Of a DNA stretch of 64,000 nucleotides, positions 46,440 through 60,219 are shown piece by piece; within the stretch, counting starts at the first letter, position 1, and each line of letters opens with the position of its first letter. A program made the translations under genes and the position numbers. The stretch comes from Amphiscolops sp. MND2022 (Eukaryota): the NCBI GenBank assembly GCA_964187785.1, contig OZ076409.1, positions 93,684,001 to 93,748,000 on the forward strand, in the 5' to 3' direction. The notes beneath the pieces are model-generated. The model did not search any database. It saw only the letters and a program-made list of their open reading frames with translations, and was not told the DNA's origin.

Positions 46440-49400
46440 TACCGGTTGTAAAACGTGGCTTCTCTCGGCAAAAACGCAGGATAACCGGTTCAAGCTCTCT
46501 GATCGACACTCTTGACAGAACCATGTTAGCGTGCAACCTGTGCACGACCACGTTGATGCGTTTGAATAGTTGATGGTTTCCAAGGCAAGGGGTATAAAAT
46601 CAAGTAGGCTTTGTTGGCAAAGCTCAGCCGCGGCAGCGAACTTACACTCTTCAACCAACTTGCACGCGTACCCTACTTCTTCCGCCGCCTTGTTACTGAT
46701 GGCAAGTTGCAGCGGACAGGCTAAGATAACGTCTACAGCAGCTGGTGACCCGTGCGCTGGAAGCTAAGGGCCTATCAGGGCGTCGACGACTGGACTCTGA
46801 TAGGCTATTAGCTTCCAGGACAGGGGACAAACCAGCTGATCTACACGCATGGGAAACAAAGTCTCTAATGTCATTGTGCCGAGCTATGCGGTCACTTGAG
46901 GTACAACAACTATGCGGTCATGATCGCCGAAGGTGTCCATTAGGAATGTGTTACAAGCAATGAATGTTTGTGTTTGGTCAAAAAAGTGTACCAGGAGTTG
47001 TCAGCACAGCGTAATACGAAATTCCAAGTTTGTTAACTTTAGTCCAAAGTTTTCTGATGGCTTTGCAAATATGCAATCTCCAGCATGTGGTAATGTGAAA
47101 TACAGTGTGCTAGCGCGTCTGAGAGCGTCTGACTGTTCGAAGAATGACCCTACTTTTTGTTTCATTATGTAGCTGCTGAAACGTTTTCGAACCAGCGATC
47201 TACACCCCAATGGTTTTTCATGTCTAGTGCTGTTAGAATAAAATCAATTGATAAATATCATTGATAAAAATCAAGATAATTATCAAGCTCAGTTTTCATT
47301 ATCACTGATTAAAATCAAATTCGACGCTCGCAGGCTTGATCGGGTCTAGCTCAATTAGGCGATCGGTCAGCTAAGCGATTGATAAATTGGAAGACTAACA
47401 GCTTTTTTATAAATTCATTAGTTTATTCAACTTCGCTCATGGTGGTGAGGATTATAGCCGCAAGAGATTAAAGACGAATGGTATTTTTGAATTTTCAATC
47501 ATTACCTTACGTAATCTTTCAACTGAGCATCGGAGAATGTGTTGACAAAGCGGGAAAACTTTGTTTCAAAGTTCTGAATAAATAACGAATTTGTTGTTTT
47601 GTCACTGACTAACACGTAATTCAATTGTTTCTGTCCAACCCTATTTTTATCGGATTTTTTTGATAATTATCCGATTTTTATCAAAAAAATCGGATTATTT
47701 CGATTTTTCAAATAAAATCAAGATTTTTAACAACACTATTCAGGTCAAACCCTGGAACTTCTGAAAATTCTTCAGTCGCTTTTCTCAAATCGTGGCTATT
47801 TCTGGTGTTTTAGGCTGCGACGTTTTGCTAGGTTGTTATTCGGGATGCCAAATATGCAGGTAGTCGCGTGTTTGAAGCACATCGCAAACCCAAGCCTCCA
47901 TGAAAAGTCAGAAGGAGAGCTAATTGCCATTGGAGGTCGGTGATGGGACAACTTATTGTGCGTTCTAAGCAAACACCTAGGTGTTGGTCGAAGCCATGTA
48001 AACTATGTGATGGTTTGGGAGGAAGGCTTCGCAGAAGATGGTTGATCCTGCAGCCACCCCAGCAATTTTTAAGAATTGCGAACTCAATTTGGGACTCGTT
48101 CAGTTCTGGTAGTATTTCGAGAAGAGCAGTCACTGTTTTTGTTCTCTAGAAAACTCCCCTGCGACTCAAGAGGTCCGATGTGTGAACCTGATCAACTCCT
48201 GCTGTAGCGATGCGATTAATGTCCTCGGAGATTTCCGATAAATCCGTGTCAGTGGACCAGAACAGTTCGCATTTCTCAAAATTTACTTCAAAACCAGACT
48301 GCTTTCCCTCAGCGGATAAAATATCTAATGCTTTTAGTAAGTCGGCTGTGCAACCAATAAGAGTTCCGTCGTCGAAGAACCAATTGTGTAACGCGAGTGA
48401 GCGCGAGGCATTAATTTTTGCTACTATTGTGTTTACGGGAAAACGCAAAAAGGAGTGGACCAAGAGGGTCACCTTGTTGAACACCGCAATAACTCTGTAT
48501 CGTGAAGCCGTCATAGTCAAGTAAGCTTTCGTTCCCGCAACAATACACCACCCGGGTTGTACATGCTCGGGAGTCTCGTTTTTACCTCGTTCATGAAAAT
48601 TTGCTTGTTAACTAAAATAAGACCGTTTTTGAAGACAATTTTTAGCAATACCGTGTTCTCTATGATCATTTGCTTTGTTGAAGAATCCACGGACGCTTTG
48701 AAGTTGGCTCTCACAGGCAGCAGGAACTTCCTTGAAGGAGGGACAAGTAGTTTGTTTGCATCCGAAAGTACTGAACTATATGCTACCATCGAAACTATTC
48801 GTCTGGTAATCTCCCCCACATGAATCGGACGAATCGTATCACTGTTTTTATTTAGCGCATCTTGGTTGGCGCCTTGGATGTATTTTGAAGCTGCGGAAGC
48901 TGCTGTCCCTGACAGGAAAATGTTAATGACTGATATGAACGATTCGAGGCAATTGTGAGCCACCAGTGGGACGGAGCAGTTGAAAGCTTCTGAGAGAAGT
49001 TCAAAACGGCGTGGGGAGCGCCCTGGAGAGCTTCCCACAGCAAATGAGGCAATTTCTTTGAAGACAACTGCAGTAGAGGTTTTCAAAACAGTATTCTTCG
49101 GAAGAAGCTGTTTGAAGGTTACGAGCTTTCCGGTCGTGTGCTTTTCGATCAACTGTTCAAGTTTACGGTCATTTTGTTTCAGCCATTCCCAATGTTTGAA
49201 GCCATTGTACGGCCTTGCAGAGGTTGACTTCCTTTGACATTAAATTAGCGCGCTCTATATTACGTGTTTGAATGTCTTTCGTTCCTTGCATTGGTGTTTT
49301 ATTCCTCTAGTGAATCATTTTTGCTTCGCTTTTGGCCTACAGACCACGAATGATTTCATCCAACCATCGTTTTAGTAATTTTTCATGCCACCATGCAGTC

Positions 49401-50000
49401 CCAACCTGCTTTCGTTGATCTGAATGACCCGGAGAGCGGAGACAACAAGTTGGGAGCATGAGAAGCAGTTTTGTTTTGGGAAGTTTCAAGAATTTCTTCG
49501 AAGCTTAGCATATCTCCATTCGTGAGGCAAGTAACGGTTTGGTGGAGAGGTTTATGTTGCAACAAATCGCTGAGAAACGGCCTTGAGATTGTGAAAATAT
49601 GGCTTTGTGTGTTAGCGGGTTTGGACAAACAATTGTGAAGCAAAATTGACGACAAGACTCGGCAAAGAATGTTTCTGGAACATGATGATCCGGGTTATCG
49701 AGATACTTGCAATGCCAGTTTACGTGGTTAGAAAGCGCTGTATAGCTTTTATACCAGTGGCTTCTTCGGGGCAAAGCTGAACGGGACAGTGTAGCCGGCC
49801 AATGTTTTTCGGTATTGGGAGATGGGGTTGAATCACTTGAGTCGGATTCATTTGAGGCTGATGAATTTGAGGCTGAATCATTGGAGCCTGATTAGAGTGG
49901 GACTGATTCATGCACAGTCACCGGAAACTCGAGACACCGTTCAGTTCCCTGTACACTCCACTGACGTTTCATTACTTGGACAGCGTTTTCTGGATACAAA
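46440..50000 (-). pseudogene. Decayed CRE-clade non-LTR retrotransposon (RT plus restriction-like endonuclease)
   Basis: Broken minus-strand frames: IRPIHVGEITRRIVS, WFFDDGTLIG, NFEKCELFW, HGGLGLR, DFIPLALET. Confidence 0.7.
47225..47738. mobile_element. Non-autonomous hAT-type element nested in the CRE-like relic
   Basis: TIR TAGTGCTGTTA / TAACAACACTA; 8-bp TSD TTCATGTC versus TTCAGGTC (1 mismatch). Confidence 0.7.
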
Positions 50001-52749
50001 AAAAGCCTATTTTTGTGCAATCTTTTTTCAGGTTGCTTTTGACAGCTGTTGTCTTTAATGTTTCTTCAAAGAAAATCAGTTTTATTTTTGAAATAAAGTT
50101 GATAACTTCAATAATTGGAACCCCCTCACCCGTATTTGTAGGTCGGCCTTGAGGATGACATTGACATCATCTGTGGAAGTGGTTGTGATGCACCGTTGGC
50201 TTCTTCAAAAATGTTTTGGCAAAAGATCGTTAAAAGTACTAGATACACACATTGGTTGCCATTCGATAGAAGTTCGTTATCAAAACGTGCAAGTGCAAAT
50301 TCGAAAGACCGAATTTGAATAAATTTCCAAAAACATCAGATTTTAACGATTTTATGCATTTTGTGTCAAATTTACAATACACTTGCTAGCTTAGAAAGTT
50401 GAAAACGATAAACAAAGAGAAAATTCATTGTCAAAAAGGATTTTCGAAGAGATAAAAGAAATGCCTCAATTTCAGACCAAAATTGACAAAATTCCAAAAA
50501 ATCAATCTTTGGTAGCAATCAACTCAAAACTTTGGTAGCTTAGAATATGGAAGATGTTCAACAAGGAAACAATCTGTTGACCGGGAGGCTTTTGGTAATA
50601 AATAAACGCTGTTTTACAAAGAAAAAGCTCAAATTGCGACCAAAACTGACAAAAACTACAAAATGTACCCATTTTTCACGTTTTTATGCAACTGTTATCA
50701 ACTTTTCAAGAGATTTCATAATTCAGAACGTTGAAAACGTTCAACAACGGTTGAATTTGTTGTCAGGTAGGTTGGAAATACATGCAGTTTTGTCAAAAAA
50801 GCCACAAAGGTCCAAAATGGTCAAAAAATCTTTTTATAAATTTTTAATTTTCTAACGCAATTTTTGTGTAAAACTTTCAACATAATCATGAATTTGCACT
50901 CTGATACTGTTCAGCAACAACTGAATGCGTTTCCAGCATGTTTTTCGCTGTTATAAGAGTCGGAAAAAATGTGCTTTAGTTTGACGACGTTGTCAAAAAA
51001 GTCAAAAATTTCCAGTGTATGTAGCTTCCTCATGTTATTTGAGTATAATTTTGGGGAAATTTTGAATATTAGAAGGTTCAAACCAATCAAGTCGAACAAA
51101 TCAGGTATGTAGTAACCTTTCTGACGAAAAAAGTACAGTGTTTTACATCAGAAATCCTCCAAAACGGCACAAGTGAGTAGGAAAATAAAAGAATTGAAAG
51201 TTTGAGTGTTTTTGTGCAAAGTCTGTGAAACGAATGGTTCAATAGGAAATTGATACCCAATTGCCTTTTGTGAGAGGTGTATCCTGATTTGTGTTTGGAA
51301 AGATCTCAAAATGAATTGGAAAAAGTATAAATTATGGAAAGTATTTTTTGAGAGTTTCAGTACTTGTTTCAGAAAGTTTTCGTTAACTGGATGGTCCTTA
51401 AGCTCCAAATGATTCATCAAGCTATGCAGTAGGTTTTTTGACGGAAAATTTGTAGTCTTCTAAGCAGTTTTGATAATCTCAGAATGACCCAACTTCGTCG
51501 AAAAGCTAAAACGTTTCCGAAAAACGAATTTTCGTAGGATTTTCGCTAAGTTTCAAATTAGAAGAAAGATGACATTCAAGAGCAAACAAACGCAAACTTG
51601 TACACTTCTTGAGAACCATTTGCAGTTCCATTCTCGGAAAAAGCCTCAAAAGGACGTCAGATTAATAAAAAAAGTCAAAAGTTTTCAAAAGTTTTGACTT
51701 TGTCAACCCATTTTTTTCGAAATTATGAAAAATTTCGTAATGTAGAACTTTGAAACAATCAATTAGCATTTGAAAAATTTGTTGAGATTTTTTTTGAAAC
51801 GAGAAAGGCAAGTTATCATAGTATATATGCCTCAATTTTATCTCAAAAAAAACAAAAACCCAAATAAATTCACTTTGTGGTTTTTACGGGTTTGTGTACA
51901 ATTTTTGAAAGTTTTCGTGACTAATAAAATTCAGATTACTCTAAAACGAACAAACTGGCTATGCAGTAATGTATTTTGAAAAGAATTGCAGTATTTTGCT
52001 TCAAAATCACTTCAAAAACGACCTTGTTGAGTTGGAATGAAAGAAATCAAATTCAAACCTTCGTTTGCTAAATTCTGAGTTTTTTTGAGAAGGTTCTATC
52101 GTTGGAAAAATGGGAACGTTCAACAGCGACCGAATGCGTTTATCAGTAGGCTTTTTGAAGGTCAATTGCAGTTTCACGTCAAAAAAAGCCTCAAAATGAT
52201 GTCAAACTAATTACCCCAAAATTAATTTGGGCGATGTTCAAAAAAGTACTATTTTGTATGCAAAAAGTTCGTCAAGACGATTTAAAATAAGTGAAAAATT
52301 TATTTTTTTGTTTTTGAAACTTTGATATACTTTTTTTAAAGACTTTTGAGCACTTTCGTAATTCAAGATCAACTGCAACCGTAATCCAATTGCCGTTTTT
52401 GAAAAGAAGTCTAAGTTTTTTAAAAACATTCCCAAAATGAACGCAAAGTTGCCAAAAAAGCAAAGATTTCCAAATTTTGACGTTTTTGGCGATATCGCGC
52501 AAAATTATAGAAAAATGATTGGTTAGGTTTTGGTAAACACACAAACCAACACAAAAATAAATACGTGTTTGTTGTTTTCTTGAAGAGTTTCCTTTTGGAA
52601 TGGGATGACAGTTTTTAAAAAGTGTCATTTTTTTCATCAAACTTCTAGGTGTTTTCATAGTGCAAAGGCTACTCTTGCGATTCAAACACATGCCATTCCT
52701 AGAACACTTTGGACGGAAAATATCCTGCTGGTCAGCCGGCGTCTTTTGT

Positions 52750-55700
52750 TCTAAGAGATCAAGATAAAAAATCAAAAGCCGGGATTTTTCCGTCTTCCAT
52801 AGATGCTCGCCTTAAACGTTTCTTTGTTCAAACTAATATTTAAACTAATCCGGTGGCGGTGTATGAGTTTGGTAAAACGGGTATCATTTTACCTCGCTGT
52901 TTAAAGCTCTATAGAATCATTTACCGTGAATTACGGTTGGTGGCCTTGCAAAACAAGTGAGTCTTTAATATTAAATCAGCTTCCAGGCAAGTTAGGCATA
53001 CCAAACATGCTTGCAAGCTGTTTTGTTGGTGGCTCACTAGTTTTTCAAGGACCAACTACCGTAACTCACGGAAAAGTCTGTATCGATATGATAAATCGTA
53101 GCAGCAGTTTGACTGGACACATGTTTGGTGTTTGTTGTTACTGAATCTTTCTACGCTCCCTCATTGACTAATTCGCCCAGTCTCAGCTAATTATTCTCTT
53201 ATGAGTTACAGTTCAGTGTCATACACATGGACCATTTGGTTTAGACAATTTTCTTGGCTAAAAAATGTTGAAAAACTTTTAGGATGTTACCTGAGGAATG
53301 GGCGTTATATTCTTGCTTTTTCTATAACACCTCTTGATTTTTTTGGTTGACTAATTTTCGTTAGTGCTTCTACTGTGTCTTCGAATGGCGGTCATTTCTC
53401 GGAGTCATTCGGCTTGGTGAATGAAGAATTGTGTTTCTTTCTCGCTTGTGCGGAAACCATCTTTTTGCAATTTTGTTACCATACGTTCATGTTTAGGTCA
53501 GTAGTTCTTCCAATGTATCCAGAGTCCAATAACCGTTTAGATCCGGTCCTGACCACATCTTGTGAACGAATGTTATCGGTTTTGCGATTTGTTGTAGCTT
53601 TTTGTCGCATTTTAGATTGTTGTCTACCTCGAAGCCTAAACCTTTGCGGTTGGTTGTCTGAGGTGTCGTTTTAGTCGTTGATGTAGTTGTAGTGCTTCAT
53701 TGGTTGATCCAACGGATTTTGCACTTGGATCTCAAATGGATTTTAAAGTGGTCTGTGTAGAAGTCGGTTGTCATGCTTTCGAGAACATCTCGATAGTTCT
53801 CAGCGTTGTCTCCGGCCGCTTGTTGTAAAGCGTAGATTGCAAGCTGGTGAATCTTTTGCTCCGAATAAGTGTTTTTGGTACTGATTATTCTTTGGTGGTA
53901 TGTTGAAGCCTTCGTTTTATGAAAACTGTGAGACTTGCGACCTTTTTTCGAGACTTCAACTTGGAATATTAATCTTCTATGTCGGCGGTGATAAGTTGTG
54001 GATTCCCACGGCTGCGTAGTATGATTCCAACTAGGTCGTTCGGCAGGCCAGGCCTAGTTAGTAGATGATCATTAATGCAAGTTCCACTCAAGACAGCGGC
54101 GGCACTTGCGATGCGGTGAATCTTTCCTGGTTTCATGGACTGACTATTCAATAGTGCGATAGAAACTTTTTGGTGTTGTCTTCGCTCGTGATTTCTTTGA
54201 TGTATTCTTTAGCAGTTCTTCCATTGACTTCCAGGGAAGTCCTATTTCGCATCGTCCGTCATCTGTTTTCTTGCAATTTTCCGCCAGTAACCTGAGTATT
54301 TGACTTCGCTGTTAGGCGTTAGGCCTTCGCTTTGCTCTGGGTCCATCAATTTCCACATTCCACCATGTTCGTACGTCTACAAACAGCTGTTGGTCGTGGC
54401 TTTAACATGTTTGGCAAGAGAAGACTTCCCTCGTTGGTGTAGATTGCTGTTTCGGTTGAGCGACTGTCCATCCAAAGCGGCTTCTGGCAGCAATTGGTTG
54501 CTCTGTGTTTCGATCTCGACTTTCTCTAGCTATGATGAGAGCATACATCTCACACTCCAGTAGTGCTGCTATGTTCAGTTTGTTGAGCTGTGGCATTCGG
54601 ATGTCCATATCTGTCGCTATCCGTCTGAAGTGTTCTTTAACTGTTGGCAGTTTATCGTTTTCGACTACTTTGACAAATCTCCATTCTTGTGTTTCCCTGT
54701 CTTCGTTATCAGATAGTTGCAGGTCATCTACGGTACTGTTGGTTGCATGTGTTGCGTGTTCAGTCCCTTCACCTTCAGTGTCGCTGTTGTCTTTGGGGCG
54801 ATTTTCAGCTTTTCTGCTATGTTCTTTATGAGGAAGCTTGATTTACCTCCGCTGTCAATGTCAAGCACACACTGTTGTATAGCGGTTTTGATTGTGCAGG
54901 TTTACTGGTAGAATCTTCAAAGTTGCTGCGTTAGTTGACGGGCTTCCCCTCTGTAGTTTTCAGGCTCTCTGTTCCTTTGAAAGCAGTTGTTGGTCGATTC
55001 CGTTTGTGTCAGGTGAGTATAAGCAGTTTGTTTCCTGTGGTTCGGGCTTTGGTTATACGATGCTTGAGGAGGTTGGTTCTTGATGACCGATCTGTAGCCA
55101 TGTTTTCCGATGAGGTGTGATAAAATTCAGGCTGCTTGGAAATCTCTATGAAGTAAAGCGTTTTGTAAAATATTGCAATTGCTGTGTTGACATTTTTCTT
55201 TGAGGGGCACTTGGTGATGCTGTTGTTTTCGTTCCGGCAGTTGAAACGATGACCATAGTTTCTCGAAGTCATACCTCTTTCTTCCGGGCTCTGTCCACTG
55301 AAAAACAGGTGATTGGAAAAATTGGTGTTGTTCATCACCTAGACTGCAGGTTGTCGTTGATTGACGTGTTAGCCCTTTGCTGTGGCTGGCCTGTGTTGTG
55401 AATGCAAAGAGTGTTTGTAGCTGTTGGTCAAAAATAAAGTTTTCTGGTTCCTCTTATGACTCTGCTAGCTGTTTCAAACAATCGCCAAAAGATATTAGAT
55501 CCGGCCGGTCGATGCGGCGGTTGACGACGTTTCGTTGCCATCATCTAACATGTGAGGTGGGTAATTTCTTGATGACATGTCGCAAGTTTGTTGTTGATTC
55601 AAAGTGAGCTGTGTGTTCCAAGTGCGGACCATTCCTTCAAGGATTGTTTTGTAGTTGATATTATACTCAGGGTGGTTGTTTTATTTATCATGACCATTAT

Positions 55701-56590
55701 CGTCGCTTTCCCAAACTTTCTTCCGAGTTATTGCATGGCATCATTGCGAAATTGTCCTTTGCAGTGGAAAAGTATGATGGCATCTTTGCTTTTCCTGCTA
55801 CTAACCCTTTTATATACGCGACCTTTTGGGTGTTGCTGAGCATTTTGCCTGCGGTCATGAAAGCGTGGCGACTTCTCAAATCAGGACTCTGTAGAGGGTC
55901 CCCAGTATAGGGTTCAAAATTCAACTACGGCAGTGTGTTTAAGTAAGATCCAAATGTCAGGCCATGTGATATTCCAAAATGATCTGTTGTGGCATTCGTA
56001 GCTGTTTGGACTGCGGATGCGATGTCAGTGACCTTTGTCGATCGTTTTGATCGCCTGCTGCTTTTGCTTGATGTTTTTAATAGTCTCTGGACTTGAGCTT
56101 TTGTTGGTCATTTGGGTCTGTTGTCGTCTGTTGTCTTTTTCATTGTCGATTGCGTCTTAACGGATTTTTGTTGCCTGTCAGGCTTGAATGTTAGCGACGT
56201 CGAGTTGTTGATTATCTGTCGTGGTTTGGAAGTGGACATTGACGTTTTGGTTGCCTGTGTTTTGCTGATGTGCATACTTTCCAGGGAGATGACATCTACT
56301 TGTCGACTTGTAGTTGAAATTTTTGTAGATGGGCGGTGAGTTTCGTTTCTTCTTCTGCTGGGGTTCTGTCAATTGCTTCAAAACTTCACTTTTCTAAAAC
56401 TTTAGGTCTTGGTTGTTTATTGTTTTTTGTAATGGTTAATGACAAAAAGTTTCTTGACTCTGATTCTTTCGAAAAACTGTTTACCGCTGACTCCATTTTG
56501 GTTTTGCAAAATGAAAGTTTGCTTATATCAAGGCGTCTGATATTTTTTGGGTGCATGTTCATTCCGAATCTTCGCAGAGGTTCACCAAGA
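52750..56590 (-). pseudogene. Decayed BEL/Pao LTR retrotransposon, internal region
   Basis: Gag-like FEPYTGDPLQ...KVAYIKGLVAGKAK (55697-55924); Pao RT-like KPGKIHR...INDHLL...LVGIILR...ITADIE (53969-54151); PBS-like TGGTGAACC on the minus strand at ~56589; boundaries approximate. Confidence 0.7.
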
Positions 56591-57009
56591 ACCCTTTAGA
56601 CGGGTCAAATCCCTTGACGTTGATGAATCACTTTGTTCAAATTACAACATAGACTAATTATGCAACGTGATCAATCATTCAAAGGTCCCTTTACATCAGG
56701 AAAGAGTTTTTGTTCAAGTTTCTACCGGTGTTACTTCAAAGAAATGGAATCATATATTTGTTGTGTTGAACAAACCCTTTTTAGGTTGTTATGTCTGTTT
56801 GTTAGAAATGGTTGGAATGCTTCTCTTCAATTTACTCAGAAAAAAACTCAGCCGCATCGTTGTTGCTGCGTCCAATAATAAACACATTTTTGATGTCTAG
56901 AGTTAGAGTTTTCATATTATCTACCTTGCTCCTTTCCGATGTATTGTCGCTTTTTGTCATAACTTCCAAATTTTTTGACAAAATCTTTGTTACGTGTTTT
57001 CATTCAAGT

Positions 57010-59277
57010 TGTCACAGCTTGCTCCCGACTGGTGTACATATTGCAACACGGGGCTCACAGGAAACCAACAAGGCTTGGTCATGGCAATCTCAGAACCTTT
57101 TACGTTAGAAGGAACGTTTTACTTACAACACAGCTAAAGAATTTGTAAGGATGGTTTTACACCAGCAAATAGTTGACGGAAGGGTGACGTCAAATGATAT
57201 TTTTCTACTTAGTGAAATTTCCTAACAAATTTCCGATATAACCGTTCAAACTTAACGCTTCTGCTCTTCCGGTTTTCTTAGCTGATCGACATTGCGACCG
57301 AAGCAAAAGAATCAAAAATAGGAATTTTTTGACTTGAATAGGAGGATTTGCCGTCCATTTTCCAACCTAAAAACTACGAAACAACTTTTGTAAATCAACG
57401 AACAACATACGACCTTATATAATCAAACGAAGCTGTGCTCTCATAACATAGTTCGTCTATTTAAGACAGTTGCTGAAGCTACTGTGATTAGAAATTGTGA
57501 TCTGAACAAAAATTTGCGACGCAACAAAAGCGACTTACAGCAAAACCACTACTTGGATTTGCTAGCATACTGGACCATTGACGTCGTTATCGGAACGAAG
57601 CAATTGAGCTCAAGCCAATACTAATTGTTTTTTAACGTCATTAGTAATAGAATGGAATGATTTCTAAAACTTGACGTAACGTCTTCGTCAGCCTTTATTC
57701 ACCTAGTGCAAATCCCAATGCACACGTCAACGTTACGTCAAGTTTAAGGTTGGCTCAACTAAAGGCCAGCTACCTTTTCATTAAAAGGAGTTCCTCCCAT
57801 GAAGACCAAGGTAGTTCCTAAGGAATGCACAATGGTTTAACGTGAGCCTAAGACTCCCAAGAAAACTGTGTTGCAAGAAAAGACATGAAAATAGTTATCG
57901 GTCATCGAAATGATTCAGTAAAAGTGCTGCATGATCACCATATCTAACTAAAGCACAAAATTGCCTAAGATAGACGTTGACAATACATCACATTAGAGTT
58001 TTTGCCTACTTTTTAAATAAACATTCAGTAGAACATCCAATTTTCTACTTTTGAAACGTTCACACGTCACTCTATCATGAGTGTAACGTAAGGTCAACGT
58101 CAACTGTAATAAAAATCAAACATATATCAAGTTTCAAAAATCAATACTGTTTGTCAAAACTGTGAATCGTTGTTGTATTAAACTGCTAACCAGGAAATGT
58201 TGTTGTCAACTATATGAGTTAATTTGTTTGTTCGGCGTAGAGCCTTCATCGCATTTTTACCTAATGCTATTTATGACCTTTCCGACGGAACGAATGCATA
58301 ATCCAGGAAATGGTTTTTAATCATGAAAAACTACATCAACTAGAGCTTGTTTGTACGAATTTCATTATGATCCAGGATTTAAGTGTTATGTTCATCTTCT
58401 AGTGTTATCTTTCTCTCAGCTATCATTTAGTCATTTCTCTCTAAGGCTGCTTTCTTTTCGTTCTAATCGCGCTACGTCTCTCTGCATGTCATCATTTCCA
58501 TTCGAAACATCCTAGATTCTCTCGTTGGAGTTGAGTGACTGTTCACGCCAAGCGTGCCTTCTTGACTAAAATTCAGACGGACTTCAGTTTTGCTGCCATT
58601 TTGACGCGGAACGGAAATGATTTCAACAGCTCTGAGTCAAGGTTGTCGCAACTAGAAGTTTTCAGATCTGAATTTCAGACGCCAGACTGAAATATTAAGA
58701 ATCTACAAAGATTTTGAGTGAACAAGTTTATTTTTTACGAAACCTACGGCTTTTTGGGGAGGAACAAATATTGCAAGGGAATAATAAATATGTCTGTTTG
58801 TGAATGAGTTAGTCATAACTGTTTTACTGTTGCGTCAAATTTAAAAACAATTTCACTAAGAAATTCAAAACCTATTTTCTTTCAACCAAATTAACAACTC
58901 GAAGTCAGAAGAGGAAAGTTGTCGAAAAACTAGTCTCCGGCGAGTTTGAGACGACTGTAGCTGGAAATAATTCTGTCGGAAACCTAATTGCTGACCCTAG
59001 TAAGTCTCCTAAGCTCCAGGCTAAAAGCTTAGACGAGATCAAAACGTCTCTCAGGTGGGAAAGTATGTCTGATTCAACAAAAATACTAGCCGAAAATCAA
59101 AAGAAAATGCTACCGTAGCAATCGATTGTCCCATCGGCAAATAAAACACTCGTTCTTCCAAATTTAAAAGATTCAGACCCGGCAGCTGAGAACAGTTTTA
59201 TTTCTCCAACATCAACTCCAATCGGATCTAAAAATCTTTAATGACTCAGAACAATACTCCGCTAGTATGTCGTAACA
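57010..59277 (+). mobile_element. Probable solo LTR of a more distant Gypsy family with a gag stub in the LTR
   Basis: Starts TGTCACAGC like the main LTR and ends CGTAACA; 58891-59115 translates TTRSQKRK...KILAENQKKML, resembling the Gag N-terminus; TSD degraded. Confidence 0.55.
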
Positions 59278-60219
59278 TTAGTTTTGCCTTATGTTGAAAA
59301 AAATGTTATCCTTTCGCAATTGTTTGTTGGTTCGATAGCTTGATCTTCATCTTGTTATCAAGTCAATTAGATTCTTTTACGTGAAAACTTTTGACTTCCT
59401 TCGCTGGCAATGTTAACTAGTTTTGGTTACTCTGTACTGGACTCTCGGTGTCCCCGAGTTCATTAGTTTTGAACTGTTTCAATGTCATCGAACTGAACAC
59501 TAATCTAAAAGAAGATACACATTAAATAGCTAGAATATCGGCGTGATGGCAGGACAGGGAGGCAAAACCGAAAGTGATGGGGAAAAGAAAACCTATTAGC
59601 AGTATCAGTAATTCCAAAACGTTCCATATTGACTTTAAATCTAACCCATGTTTTAACCTTGCATATTTGTCATTGAGAGACGTGCAAGGAAATCACCTTC
59701 ATTCAAGTACTCGGACGTGAAAATCGGGAAGGTTTTTTAAAAAGATTCGTTAAAACTGTCGAGAGACTGTAGAAGTGACGCGAAAAACAAGGTTGCATTG
59801 CTCCAAGTTTTTTCAAAAAAACCGCAACATAAGAAAACTTTGAAAGCTTATGAAATGTGTCACTTACTACGTGAACCAAAAATTTTGGACTCTCAAAATG
59901 TCAAATATTTGTTTTAACAAAATGTTTCAAAACAACTTCGAACGCAGATTCTCAGATTGTCAATCATTGAATTTGACAACATGGCTTTCATACTTTCGAG
60001 TGTCAAAGATATTTCACACATCAGAAATGCAAACAAAGTGACTGGTTAAGATGTCTAGAATTTCACTGAGGGTTCAACTCATCTTTCGTTGAAGATTTGA
60101 TTACGTAATGGAAGCTCCGATTTGAAAGATTGAGTGGACAATTTTTTGAGCCTTGTGTACAAATATTACAATTTGGAAGAACGAAATTTTTGTACGTTCC
60201 GTTTTTTTTCATTCATCTA

